Shown: piece after piece, positions 1-9,642 of the stretch
Numbering within the stretch: the stretch's first letter is position 1
Layout of the letters: each line of letters begins with the position of its first letter
Assembly: GCA_030849285.1 (NCBI GenBank)
Contig: CP102982.1
Span: forward strand, 30,001-62,000
Direction: 5' to 3'
DNA length: 32,000 nt
Origin: Candidatus Saccharimonadota bacterium
GTDB taxonomy: Bacteria > Pseudomonadota > Gammaproteobacteria > Enterobacterales > Enterobacteriaceae_A
Translations under genes and position numbers: made by a program
Notes under the pieces: model-generated
Database searches by the model: none
What the model was told of the DNA's origin: nothing
What the model saw: only the letters and a program-made list of their open reading frames with translations

Positions 1-141
1 AAAAAAACAAAAAATATTATAAATGAAATTTTTTCAACTTTTTGTATTGGTAAATAATTAATTTATTATTTAAATTAAAATTATTTTTAAAATTAACAAT
101 TTATCTTTAATTAATTTATATATATATTTTAAAAAATAAAA

Positions 142-840
142 TTGTTAAATTTCGAAAAAAATTTTAAAAATAATGGGGTTATTATTAATATAAATAATCT
201 ATTAGAATTTAATTCACCAATTGATCGTGTTAGAAATGCTATAAAATCATTAAAAAAAAAAAAAGGGGTGATATTATTAGATGATAAAAATAGAGAAAAT
301 GAATGTGATATTATTTTTGCTGCTGAAAATATGACAATTAATCAAATGGCTTTAACAATACATCATGGTAGCGGAATTGTATGTCTTTGCATTACCGAAA
401 AACTAAGAAAAAAATTATCATTACCAATGATGGTTATAAATAATTCAAGTAAATTTAAAACACCATTTACTATAAGTATAGAATCAAATAAAAATGTAAC
501 AACAGGTGTTTCAGCTAATGATCGAATTAATACAATACGTAGTATTACATTTAATAATATTAAATCTATTAATTTTAATAAACCTGGACATGTTTTCCCT
601 TTATGTTCACAACCTGGTGGATTATTAATACGCAAAGGACATACTGAAGCTACAATTGAATTATTATCTTTTGCAAAATTTAAAAAAATCGGGGTACTTT
701 GTGAATTAACTAATAAAGATGGAAGTATGTCTAAATTATTTGAAATAATAAATTTTTCCAAAAAACATGATATACCAATATTAACTATAGAAGATATTAT
801 ATTTTATATTTATTATAAAAATAATAAAATAAAATTTTAA
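142..840 (+). CDS. ribB: 3,4-dihydroxy-2-butanone-4-phosphate synthase (riboflavin pathway)
   Basis: The 232-aa ORF aligns along its length with E. coli RibB (LDDKNRENECDIIF, MALTIHHGSGIVCLCIT, RPGHVFPL, GHTEATIEL, GVLCELTN). The ORF-track start is TTG at 142 with no clear SD, so the true start is uncertain. Stop is TAA. Confidence 0.92.
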   Translation: MLNFEKNFKNNGVIININNLLEFNSPIDRVRNAIKSLKKKKGVILLDDKNRENECDIIFAAENMTINQMALTIHHGSGIVCLCITEKLRKKLSLPMMVINNSSKFKTPFTISIESNKNVTTGVSANDRINTIRSITFNNIKSINFNKPGHVFPLCSQPGGLLIRKGHTEATIELLSFAKFKKIGVLCELTNKDGSMSKLFEIINFSKKHDIPILTIEDIIFYIYYKNNKIKF

Positions 841-947
841 TTATATTATTTAAATAAATTTGAATTTAATATAAATATTATATATAATATATTTATTTTA
901 AAAAAAATATAATAAATAATTTTAATAATAATTTATAAATTTTTAAA

Positions 948-1385
948 ATGTTACTATTAAAATTAATTTACTATCCTAATATATTATTAAGACAAAAAAC
1001 AAAATCAGTTAATAAAATAAATTTTAAAGTTAAAAACATTATATATAATATGTTTAAAGTAATGTATTTAAATAAAGGAATAGGTTTAGCAGCAACTCAA
1101 ATTGGTATAAATAAAAAAATATTTATAATTGATATTTTTCAAAATAAAAAAAGAGTTTTTATTAATCCAAAAATTTTAAAAAAAAAGGGGAAAATTTATT
1201 TCAAAGAAGGTTGTTTATCTATTCCAGGTGTATTTAATATCATAAAACGTTATTCATATATTAAAATTTTAGCTTTAAATAAAAAAAATAATTTTTTTAA
1301 ATTAAAGACTAAAGGTATTGAAGCTGTATGTATTCAACATGAAATAGACCATTTAAATGGTAAATTATTTATTGATTATTTATAA
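948..1385 (+). CDS. def: peptide deformylase, short form ending just after motif 3
   Basis: All three deformylase motifs are present: GIGLAATQ, EGCLSIPG and HEIDHLNG. The N-terminus aligns with E. coli Def. It is 145 aa versus about 169 aa in E. coli because the C-terminal helix is absent. Confidence 0.92.
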   Translation: MLLLKLIYYPNILLRQKTKSVNKINFKVKNIIYNMFKVMYLNKGIGLAATQIGINKKIFIIDIFQNKKRVFINPKILKKKGKIYFKEGCLSIPGVFNIIKRYSYIKILALNKKNNFFKLKTKGIEAVCIQHEIDHLNGKLFIDYL

Positions 1386-1408
1386 TATAATTAATAATTT
1401 ATAAAATA

Positions 1409-2794
1409 TTAAAAATCTATCATATTTGGTGTTCTAGGATATGGTATAACATCACGAATGTTATTTAATCCTGTTATATAACTTAAAATACGTTCAAATC
1501 CCAAACCAAAACCAGCATGAGGTATAGTTCCATATTTTCGTATATCTCTATACCACCAATATTTTTTTTTAACTAATTTTGATTCTTTTATTCTTTTATC
1601 TAATATATTTATACAATCTTCACGTTGTGATCCCCCAATTATTTCACCTACTTTAGGTACTAATATATCCATATTAGATACAGTTTTACAATTTTTATTA
1701 ATTTTCATATAAAAAGATTTAATATTTTTAGGATAATTTTTAATTATAACAGGACCATTAAAATATTTTTCGCATAAATAATGTTCATGTTCTGATAATA
1801 TATCCATACCCCATTTTACTGGAAATTTGAAATTTATTTTTGATCTTAATAAAATTTTAATTGCTTCAGTATAATTAATTTGTTCAAATTTATAATATAA
1901 AAATTTAATTAAATAATTTATATTTTTTTTATTATGTAAAAAAAATAAATCATCATTTCTTTTATTTAAAACTATTTTTAAAATATATTTTAACATATTT
2001 TCTGAAAGATTTATTATATCTTCTAATGTAGCAAATGCAATTTCAGGTTCAACCATCCAAAATTCTGATAAATGTCTACTAGTATTAGAGTTTTCTGCTC
2101 TAAATATAGGTCCAAATGTATAAATTTTAGATAATGAACATGCATATGCTTCACCAGTTAATTGTCCAGAAACTGTTAAAAATGTTTTTTTACCAAAAAA
2201 ATCTTTTTTATAATTAATTTTACCTATATTATTATATGGAATTTTTTTAAAATTAAAAGTTGATACCTTAAACATTTTACTAGAACCTTCCGAATCAATA
2301 CATGTAATTAAGGGTGTTGAAACCCAAAAAAATCCATTTTTATTTAAAAATTTATGTATTGCATATGATAAAGTATGTCTTATTCTAGATGTTGCACTAA
2401 TTAAATTAGTTCTTGGACGTAAATGTGCAATTTTCCTTAAATATTCTTTACTATGATATTTTGATGTTATTTGGTATGTATTAGGATTTTTAATTACCCC
2501 AATAATATTTACTTTAATAGCTTTAATTTCAAAATTTTGCATAGGTCCTAAAGAAAAAATTAATAAACCAATAATTTCTATAGAACATCCAGTTGTTAAA
2601 TTCAAAATTTTTTTATAATTTTTAATTGTATTATTTATAATAACTTGACATGTTTTTAAACATGAACCATCATATATTGAAATAAATGATATACCATATT
2701 TTGAATTTCTTTTAGTTTTAACCCAACCATTAATTATTACTTTTTTATTAATATTTATAAAACCTTTTATTATTAAATTAATAGATGTTTTCAT
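1409..2794 (-). CDS. asnS: asparaginyl-tRNA synthetase
   Basis: 461 aa, collinear with E. coli AsnS (466 aa). Shared blocks include YDGSC, HLRPRTN, FFWVSTPLIT, FGPIFRAENSNTSRHLSEFWM, GGSQRE and GFGLGFER. Confidence 0.95.
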   Translation of the reverse strand: MKTSINLIIKGFININKKVIINGWVKTKRNSKYGISFISIYDGSCLKTCQVIINNTIKNYKKILNLTTGCSIEIIGLLIFSLGPMQNFEIKAIKVNIIGVIKNPNTYQITSKYHSKEYLRKIAHLRPRTNLISATSRIRHTLSYAIHKFLNKNGFFWVSTPLITCIDSEGSSKMFKVSTFNFKKIPYNNIGKINYKKDFFGKKTFLTVSGQLTGEAYACSLSKIYTFGPIFRAENSNTSRHLSEFWMVEPEIAFATLEDIINLSENMLKYILKIVLNKRNDDLFFLHNKKNINYLIKFLYYKFEQINYTEAIKILLRSKINFKFPVKWGMDILSEHEHYLCEKYFNGPVIIKNYPKNIKSFYMKINKNCKTVSNMDILVPKVGEIIGGSQREDCINILDKRIKESKLVKKKYWWYRDIRKYGTIPHAGFGLGFERILSYITGLNNIRDVIPYPRTPNMIDF

Positions 2795-2823
2795 AATTTA
2801 CTCATTTTAAAAATAAAAAAAAA

Positions 2824-3648
2824 TTATATTTTATAATATTTATTTTTATAAAATTTATTAATTGTAATTAAGTTAGACAATATACAAAAATCAGATAATA
2901 AAATATTTTCAGCTCTATTGTTTGGATTTATTTTAATTAATTTTAATTGTTTTTTTGAAAATAAATTTTTAAAATTGTTTTTAATTTTTTTTCTACGTTG
3001 CTTAAAAGATTTTTTAATTACTAATTTTAAATTATTAATATTATTAACAAAATATTTTTTTTTAAAAGGTTTAATAATTAAAAAAATAGATTCAATTTTA
3101 GGTTTAGGTATAAAAGCGTTTTTAGATATTTTAAATATAGGTTTAATAATAAAATAATATTTAATAATAATATTTAAACGCCCAGGTTTTTTTTTATTAA
3201 TAATATATATTATTTTATCAAAAAATTCTTTTTGTAATAAAATATATACACATTTTATATAATATAAATATTTTATAATATAAAAAATTAAATTTGTTGA
3301 TATATTATATGGTATATTACCAAAAAGTTTTATTAATTTACATTCTTTTTTAGCTATATTTAATAAATTAATTTTAAAAATATTTTTTTTATAAATTAAA
3401 ATTTTTTTATTTTTAAATTGTAAAAATTTTTTTAGAAAAAATATTAAATTTTTATCAATTTCTATTAAAATAATTTTATTTATATTTAATATTATTAATT
3501 TTGAAATTATACCAAATCCAACACCAATTTCTATTAATATGTTTTTTTTTTTAATTTTTATTATTTTAATAATTTTTTTAATAATATATAAATTATTTAA
3601 AAAATTTTGACCTAATTTTTTTTTTGGAGTAAATTTTTTTATAAACAT
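2824..3648 (-). CDS. rsmA: 16S rRNA (adenine1518/1519-N6)-dimethyltransferase
   Basis: 274 aa with the N-terminal KKLGQNFL, the SAM-binding EIGVGFG and the GNIPYNIST motif typical of KsgA/RsmA. The rest is strongly N/I/K-biased. Confidence 0.88.
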   Translation of the reverse strand: MFIKKFTPKKKLGQNFLNNLYIIKKIIKIIKIKKKNILIEIGVGFGIISKLIILNINKIILIEIDKNLIFFLKKFLQFKNKKILIYKKNIFKINLLNIAKKECKLIKLFGNIPYNISTNLIFYIIKYLYYIKCVYILLQKEFFDKIIYIINKKKPGRLNIIIKYYFIIKPIFKISKNAFIPKPKIESIFLIIKPFKKKYFVNNINNLKLVIKKSFKQRRKKIKNNFKNLFSKKQLKLIKINPNNRAENILLSDFCILSNLITINKFYKNKYYKI

Positions 3649-3971
3649 TTTATAAATTTTTTATTAATTTTAATATTATAATAAATATTTAAAAAAATTA
3701 TTATTATATTTGAATTTAATATAAAATTTAAAATTTATTTTAATATTTTAATTTTAAATATTTTTTAAAAAACAAATTGTTAAATAAAATTATATATATT
3801 AACATTAATAAAAATTTTATAATTAATGAATTATTAAAATAATTAAAATAAATTTAATATTATTTTATTAAATTTAATTTAATTATTTATTATATTATAT
3901 ATTTATTATAAATTTAATAATAATATAAATTTTAAATATTATTAAAATTTTTATTATATTAATATATTTTA

Positions 3972-4045
3972 TGCGTCTGGATGGAATTGAACCATCGACT
4001 TTCATTGTGTCAAAATGATACTCTAACCAACTGAGTTACAGACGC
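3972..4045 (-). tRNA. tRNA-Val (anticodon GAC)
   Basis: The minus-strand sequence GCGTCTG-TA-ACTC-AGTTGGTTA-GAGT-A-TCATT-TTGACAC-AATGA-AAGTC-GATGG-TTCAATT-CCATC-CAGACGC-A folds as a cloverleaf. It resembles E. coli tRNA-Val(GAC). CCA is not encoded. Confidence 0.9.
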
Positions 4046-4449
4046 TTTACATTTATTTAAAGTTTTTTATTTATTTTAAAATATATTATTTATTTATTAT
4101 TTATAAAAATAATTTTATACAAATATTCAATTAAAAAAAATTATATATTTAAAATAAATTTAATATAATTATATATTAATTAATATATAAATATAAATTA
4201 ATAAATTATTTATTCAAATAAAATATATATATATCATAAAAATTAAATTTATTATTTAAATAAAAATTAAAATAATTTAATTTTATAAAAATTTAAAATT
4301 TTAATTAGTATTATAATATATATATTTAAATTTAAAAAATAAATGATTTTAAAATTATAAAAAAATATTTAATTATTTTTATAATAAAATAAATAATAAT
4401 TTTATTTATTTAATAATATTAATTAATTTATTTAAACATAGGTAATATT

Positions 4450-5316
4450 TTGATTATCAAAAAAAAACCTAAATGGATTAAAATTAAAATACCAAAAATA
4501 TATAAAAATATTAATAAAATTAAAAATATTTTTAATAAAAATAAAATTAATTCAGTTTGTAAAGAAGCAATGTGCCCAAATTTATATAAATGCTTTAATA
4601 AAGGTATTGCAACATTTATGATTTTAGGAAATATTTGTACTAGAAATTGTAATTTTTGTAATATTAAAAAGGGTAAACCTTTAAAAATAAATTTTAATGA
4701 ACCTATTAAAATATTTAAAATAATTAAATATATAAAATTAAAATATGTAGTTATTACTTCAGTTAATAGAGATGATTTAATAGATGGAGGGGCTAAACAT
4801 TTTTATAATTGTATTAAATATATTAAAAATATAAAAAATATTAAAATTGAAATATTAGTACCCGATTTTAGAAATTGTATGAATAATGCATTAAAAATTT
4901 TTAATTTTAATACACCAAATATATTTAATCATAATTTAGAAACTATATTTCGTATTTATAATAAAATTTTACCAGATTCAAAATATAAAAGATCATTAAA
5001 AATTTTAAGAAAATTTAAAAATATACAACCTAAAATTCCAGTAAAATCAGGTTTAATGTTAGGATTAGGTGAACAAACTATTGAAATTTTATATATTATA
5101 TATAAATTACGTAATATAGGTGTAAATATAATTACTTTAGGACAATATTTACAACCAAGTTATAAACATCAATTAGTTAAAAAATATATAACACCTATAA
5201 AATTTAATATATTTAAAACAAAAGCTTTAAAAATGGGTTATAATTTTGCATTTTGTGGAGTATTTATTAGATCATCTTATAATGCTAATTTTAAATATAA
5301 TAATTATAAAATTTAA
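4450..5316 (+). CDS. lipA: lipoyl synthase (radical SAM)
   Basis: The auxiliary cluster motif CKEAMCPNLYKC and the radical-SAM CTRNCNFC are present. VVITSVNRDDLIDGGAKHF, NHNLET, GLMLGLGE, TLGQYLQPS and RSSY match E. coli LipA. The TTG start has AGGT 8 nt upstream. About 33 N-terminal residues are missing relative to E. coli. Confidence 0.93.
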   Translation: MIIKKKPKWIKIKIPKIYKNINKIKNIFNKNKINSVCKEAMCPNLYKCFNKGIATFMILGNICTRNCNFCNIKKGKPLKINFNEPIKIFKIIKYIKLKYVVITSVNRDDLIDGGAKHFYNCIKYIKNIKNIKIEILVPDFRNCMNNALKIFNFNTPNIFNHNLETIFRIYNKILPDSKYKRSLKILRKFKNIQPKIPVKSGLMLGLGEQTIEILYIIYKLRNIGVNIITLGQYLQPSYKHQLVKKYITPIKFNIFKTKALKMGYNFAFCGVFIRSSYNANFKYNNYKI

Positions 5317-5354
5317 TATTTTAAAATAATATTATTAATAATATTTTATTTTAA

Positions 5355-5390
5355 AATTAGAACCAGTAAAATAATTTACTGATTCTAATT
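5355..5390. terminator. 16-bp stem / 4-nt loop hairpin between convergent lipA and ftsH (candidate bidirectional terminator or 3' stabiliser)
   Basis: 5355-5370 pairs with 5375-5390, with loop ATAA. The single imperfect position (c5363/a5382) is C-A in the plus transcript but G-U in the minus (ftsH) transcript. It is one of few G/C-containing spots in this spacer. No clean U-tract follows. Confidence 0.4.
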
Positions 5391-5418
5391 ATTAAAATAA
5401 AATATCTAAAAAAATACA

Positions 5419-7230
5419 TTAAAAATAAATATTTTTTCGATTCATTATTTTTTTAATTTGTTCATAATTTAATGTTTCATATTTAAGTAAAGCTTCTTTC
5501 ATAGAATATAAAATATCAATGTTTTTAATTAATAAATTTTTAGCTTTAATATAATTATTTTCTATTATTATTTTAATTTCTTGATCAATTATATATAATG
5601 TTGCATCTGATATAAATTTTAATTTACCTTTATCATTTTCAACATTAAAAATATTATTATTTTCATTATCATATAAAAGTGGGCCTAATTTTTTAGAAAA
5701 ACCCCATTTAGTAATCATATTTCTTGCAATTAAAGTTGCGTTTTTAATATCATTATATGATCCAGTTGATATTTTATGTTTACCATATATTATTTCTTCT
5801 GCTATTCTACCTCCATATAAAGTAGATATTTTACTTTCTAATTTTTTGAAATTTTCACTTAAAATATCTGTTTTAGGGAGAAAAAAAGTAATACCCAATG
5901 CATTACCTCTTGGTATAATACTAACTTTATGTATTGGATCTTGTTCAGGTAATAAACAACCTATAATTGCATGACCAGATTCATGAAATGCTATTAATTC
6001 TTTTTGTTTAATTGATATTAACAAAGATTTTTTTTCAACTCCCATTATAATTTTATCTCTTGCTTTCTCTAATTCTAACATTGTTACTTTTTTTTTTTTC
6101 TCACGAACAGTTAATAAAGCTGCTTCATTTATTAAATTTGATAAATCAGCACCAGAAAAACCAGATGTACTTCTAGCTATTAAAGATAAATTAATATTTT
6201 TAGATGTTATTATATTTTTAATATGAACTTTTAAAATCTTTTCTCTACCTTTTATATCAGGAAGTCCTATATATACTTTTCTATCAAAACGCCCTGGTCT
6301 TAGTAAAGCTTTATCTAAAATATCTGGTCTATTTGTTGCAGCTATAATAATAACATTAGGATTTTCTTCAAAACCATCCATTTCAACTAAAATTTGATTT
6401 AAAGTTTGTTCCCTTTCATCATTATTACCACCCCCCCACGAACCTCTTTGTCTACCAACAGCATCAAGTTCATCAATAAAAATAATACAAGGTGAAAATT
6501 TTTTAGCTTGAATAAACATATTTCTAACACGAGAAGCGCCTACTCCAACAAACATTTCAACAAAATCTGATCCAGAAACCGAAAAAAAGGAGACTTGGGA
6601 TTCACCAGCAACAGCTTTAGCTAATAAAGTTTTACCAGTTCCAGGTGGACCAATCATTAATACTCCTTTTGGTATTTTAACTCCTATTTTTATAAAATCA
6701 TCAGGATTTTTAAAAAAATCAATAATTTCTCTTAATTCTTCTTTAACTTCTTCACATCCAGCAACATCTTTAAAAGTTACTTTTATTTGATTAGGTTTAA
6801 ATAATTTAGCTTTACTTTTAATAAAAGATATTACATTTTTACCTCCATTTTGTATTTGTTTTATAAAAAAAATCCATATTCCAATTAATAATATCATAGG
6901 CACCCAAGATATAAAAATAGTTAAAAAAAAATTATTATTATTATTTTTATTACCTATAATTTTAACATTTTTAATTAATAAAGTATCTAATAATTTAGAA
7001 TCATTTATTGGAATATAAGTATTGTATTTATCATTATTTTTTTTAATAACATCAATTTTTTTATCAATAATTTTTACTTCTTTTATTTTATTTTTTGTTA
7101 AATCTGTAATAAATTTAGAATACTCAACATAATTATTATTATATGTTTTGTAAATTAAATTTTGAAAAAAAAACACAAAGGAGAATATAATTAATAAACA
7201 TAATATTAATTTTTTTATTATTTTATTCAT
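5419..7230 (-). CDS. ftsH: ATP-dependent zinc metalloprotease FtsH
   Basis: 603 aa with an N-terminal TM region, Walker A GPPGTGKT, Walker [12 protein letters not shown] ([19 protein letters not shown]) and the zinc motif HESGHA. Confidence 0.97.
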   Translation of the reverse strand: MNKIIKKLILCLLIIFSFVFFFQNLIYKTYNNNYVEYSKFITDLTKNKIKEVKIIDKKIDVIKKNNDKYNTYIPINDSKLLDTLLIKNVKIIGNKNNNNNFFLTIFISWVPMILLIGIWIFFIKQIQNGGKNVISFIKSKAKLFKPNQIKVTFKDVAGCEEVKEELREIIDFFKNPDDFIKIGVKIPKGVLMIGPPGTGKTLLAKAVAGESQVSFFSVSGSDFVEMFVGVGASRVRNMFIQAKKFSPCIIFIDELDAVGRQRGSWGGGNNDEREQTLNQILVEMDGFEENPNVIIIAATNRPDILDKALLRPGRFDRKVYIGLPDIKGREKILKVHIKNIITSKNINLSLIARSTSGFSGADLSNLINEAALLTVREKKKKVTMLELEKARDKIIMGVEKKSLLISIKQKELIAFHESGHAIIGCLLPEQDPIHKVSIIPRGNALGITFFLPKTDILSENFKKLESKISTLYGGRIAEEIIYGKHKISTGSYNDIKNATLIARNMITKWGFSKKLGPLLYDNENNNIFNVENDKGKLKFISDATLYIIDQEIKIIIENNYIKAKNLLIKNIDILYSMKEALLKYETLNYEQIKKIMNRKNIYF

Positions 7231-7241
7231 TTTAATACCCT

Positions 7242-7858
7242 TTATTTTAAAAATTTTAGAAAATGAAATGCTATTATGTATATTTCTTTAGATTTAATAC
7301 GAGAAGAAACAGGTTTAAAAATTTTAATTTTTTTAAATATTAAAGAAATATATTTAATATAATATTTAAAATTATTACCTTGAAATATTTTTATTATACA
7401 TATCCCTTTAAATTTTAATATATTTTTACAAATTTTAATAACTGATTTAAATAAATTTATTGATTTAGGAATATCAATTGATGAAATTCCACTTATATTA
7501 GGAGAAAGATCTGACATAATAATATCAACTTTATTATAACCAATATAATTAGTTATTTTATCAATAAAATCATTTTTTAAAATATTTTCTTTAAAATATT
7601 TTATACCTTTTATAGGGTTTATTTTTTTAATATCATATGCAATAACAACACCATTTTTACCTATTTTATTTTTAGCATATTTTGACCAACTACCAGGTGC
7701 AGCACCTAAATCAACAACAATCATATTTTTTTTAAATATTTTATAATGTTTTTGTATTTCATCAAGTTTAAACCATGCACGTGATATTAATTTTTTTTTT
7801 TAGAATAGTAAACATATTTATCTTTTAAATTTCTATTTATCCAATTATTTTTTTTCAT
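7242..7858 (-). CDS. rlmE: 23S rRNA U2552 2'-O-methyltransferase RlmE/FtsJ, interrupted by a 1-nt frameshift in an A11 tract
   Basis: ORF 7242-7724 ([11 protein letters not shown]...) matches residues ~53-209 of E. coli RlmE. My translation upstream gives MKKNNWINRNLKDKYVYYSKKK in one frame (from ATG 7858-7856) and (KKK)[23 protein letters not shown] in the ORF frame. Together these match E. coli [33 protein letters not shown]. The two frames meet in the sense-strand A11 run (7791-7801). A12 would restore a collinear protein. Confidence 0.85.
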
Positions 7859-7878
7859 ATAAATTAAAATTGTAAATT

Positions 7879-7942
7879 AAATAATTTAAAATTATAAATT
7901 AAGTTATTTTAAATAATTTAAAATTATAAATCAAGTAATTTT
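7879..7942. repeat. tandem duplication, 2 x 32 nt (30/32 identical) plus a degenerate third copy, in the divergent rlmE/glnS spacer
   Basis: 7879-7910 reads aaataatttaaaattataaattaagttatttt and 7911-7942 reads aaataatttaaaattataaatcaagtaatttt. A partial, indel-containing copy follows from 7943. Confidence 0.85.
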
Positions 7943-7979
7943 AAATAAATTTAAATTTTAAAATAAAGGGAAATTTTAA

Positions 7980-9629
7980 ATGAAAAAAGAAATATTATTT
8001 AAAAATAATTTTATAATTAATATTATTAAAAAAGATTTATTTAATAAAAAATATAAAATAATTAAAACAAGATTTCCACCAGAACCTAATGGTTATTTAC
8101 ATATAGGACATGTTAAATCATTATATTTAAATTTTAATATAGCAAAAAAATATAATGGGATATTTAATTTACGATTTGATGATACTAATCCAATTTATGA
8201 AAATATTAAATATATTAAATCTATTATTAAAGATATTAAATGGTTAGGAATAAATATAAATAATATTTATTATACTTCAAGTTATTTTAATAAATTTTAT
8301 AATTATGCAATTAAATTAATTAAAAAAAAATTAGCTTATATTGATGAATTATCAAAAAAAAAAATAAAAAAATATAAAGGTACTTTAATAAATTTTGGAA
8401 AAAATAGCCCTTATAGAAATAGAAGTATTAAAAAAAATTTAAATTTATTAAAAAAAATGAAAATGGGATATTTTTCAGAAGGATCAATATGTTTACGTGC
8501 TAAAATTAATATGTCTTCATCTAATATTATAATGCGTGATCCAATATTATATAGAATTAAATACATTAAACATCATCAAACTATTAAAAAATGGTGTATT
8601 TATCCTACTTACGATTTTTCACATTGTATATCTGATTCATTAGAAAAAATATCTCATTCATTATGTACATTAGAATTTATAGAAAATCGAATTTTATATA
8701 ATTGGATATTAAAAAAATTAAATATAATATTTATTCCTAAACAGTATGAATTTTCTAAATTAAATTTAACATTTTCAATATTATCCAAAAAAAAATTAAA
8801 ATTTTTAATTAATAAAAAAATAGTAAATGGATGGGATGACCCTAGAATACCAACTTTATCAGCTTATAGAAAAAGAGGATATAATCCTAATTCAATTTTT
8901 TCTTTTTGTAAAAATATAGGTATAAGTAAAAAAGAAAATACAATTAATATTAATATGTTAGAATCATATATTCGTAATAATTTAAATATAAATGCTTTAC
9001 GTGTTATGGGGGTATTAAATCCATTAACAATTATTATTAAAAATATGGGTAAACAAATAGAAATGATTTTAATGTTACGTAATCCAAAAAATTTAAAAAT
9101 GGGTTTTCGTATTTTACCATTTAGTAATAAAATTTATATTGATAAATATGATTTTAGAGAAAAACCTAATAAAAAATATAAACGTTTAATTTTAAATAAA
9201 AAAATAAGATTAAGAAATTCATATATAATTAAAGCTAAAAAAATAATTAAAAATATTTGTGGTATTATTAAAAAAATTTATTGTTATTATTATATAAATA
9301 CTTTAAATAAAAATCAAATTAATTATAAAATAAATAATGTTATTCATTGGGTTTCTAAAAAACATTCTATATTAATAACTATAAATTTATATGATTATTT
9401 ATTTAAAGTTTCAAATCCTATAAAATATAAAAATTTAATTTCAATAATAAATCCATTTTCTTTTATTATTATTAATGGTTATGTTGAACCTAGTTTATTT
9501 TATTCAAAAATTAAAAATTCATATCAATTTGAACGTATTGGGTATTTTAATTTAAATAATTATAATTATAATTATAAAAATAATATAATTTTTAATAGAA
9601 TAATTAATTTAAAAAAAAAAAAATTATAA
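7980..9629 (+). CDS. glnS: glutaminyl-tRNA synthetase
   Basis: 549 aa with RFPPEPNGYLHIGH (HIGH), LRFDDTNP, YPTYDFSHC and a KMSKS-like LSKKKL. It is collinear with E. coli GlnRS (554 aa). Confidence 0.95.
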   Translation: MKKEILFKNNFIINIIKKDLFNKKYKIIKTRFPPEPNGYLHIGHVKSLYLNFNIAKKYNGIFNLRFDDTNPIYENIKYIKSIIKDIKWLGININNIYYTSSYFNKFYNYAIKLIKKKLAYIDELSKKKIKKYKGTLINFGKNSPYRNRSIKKNLNLLKKMKMGYFSEGSICLRAKINMSSSNIIMRDPILYRIKYIKHHQTIKKWCIYPTYDFSHCISDSLEKISHSLCTLEFIENRILYNWILKKLNIIFIPKQYEFSKLNLTFSILSKKKLKFLINKKIVNGWDDPRIPTLSAYRKRGYNPNSIFSFCKNIGISKKENTININMLESYIRNNLNINALRVMGVLNPLTIIIKNMGKQIEMILMLRNPKNLKMGFRILPFSNKIYIDKYDFREKPNKKYKRLILNKKIRLRNSYIIKAKKIIKNICGIIKKIYCYYYINTLNKNQINYKINNVIHWVSKKHSILITINLYDYLFKVSNPIKYKNLISIINPFSFIIINGYVEPSLFYSKIKNSYQFERIGYFNLNNYNYNYKNNIIFNRIINLKKKKL

Positions 9630-9642
9630 ATTTTATAAATAT

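Noticed and set aside
1-141. FMN riboswitch (RFN element) expected upstream of ribB, and a possible 3' end of an upstream gene (frame 1 is open to TAA at 55-57)
   Set aside because: The leader contains almost no G/C and none of the conserved RFN helices, so there is no riboswitch. The 18-codon open frame at the window edge is too short and too low in complexity to identify.
363-761. 132-aa ORF antisense to ribB
   Set aside because: It lies entirely inside, and opposite to, a strongly supported ribB. It has no recognisable motifs. It is a typical shadow ORF.
858-875. Exact 18-mer ATTTGAATTTAATATAAA shared with 3708-3725 (both intergenic)
   Set aside because: With ~85% A+T, I estimate tens of chance 18-mer matches among all position pairs in 32 kb. 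The flanks do not extend the match, and the two copies have different orientations relative to their neighbouring genes.
860-888. Sigma70-like promoter upstream of def: TTGAAT, a 17-nt spacer, then TATAAT
   Set aside because: The spacing and hexamers are good. However, TATAAT-like hexamers occur almost everywhere in this composition, so I cannot tell it from background without TSS data. I did not report it as a feature.
2918-3157. 79-aa ORF antisense to rsmA
   Set aside because: It is a shadow ORF within rsmA made of low-complexity F/L/I/K sequence.
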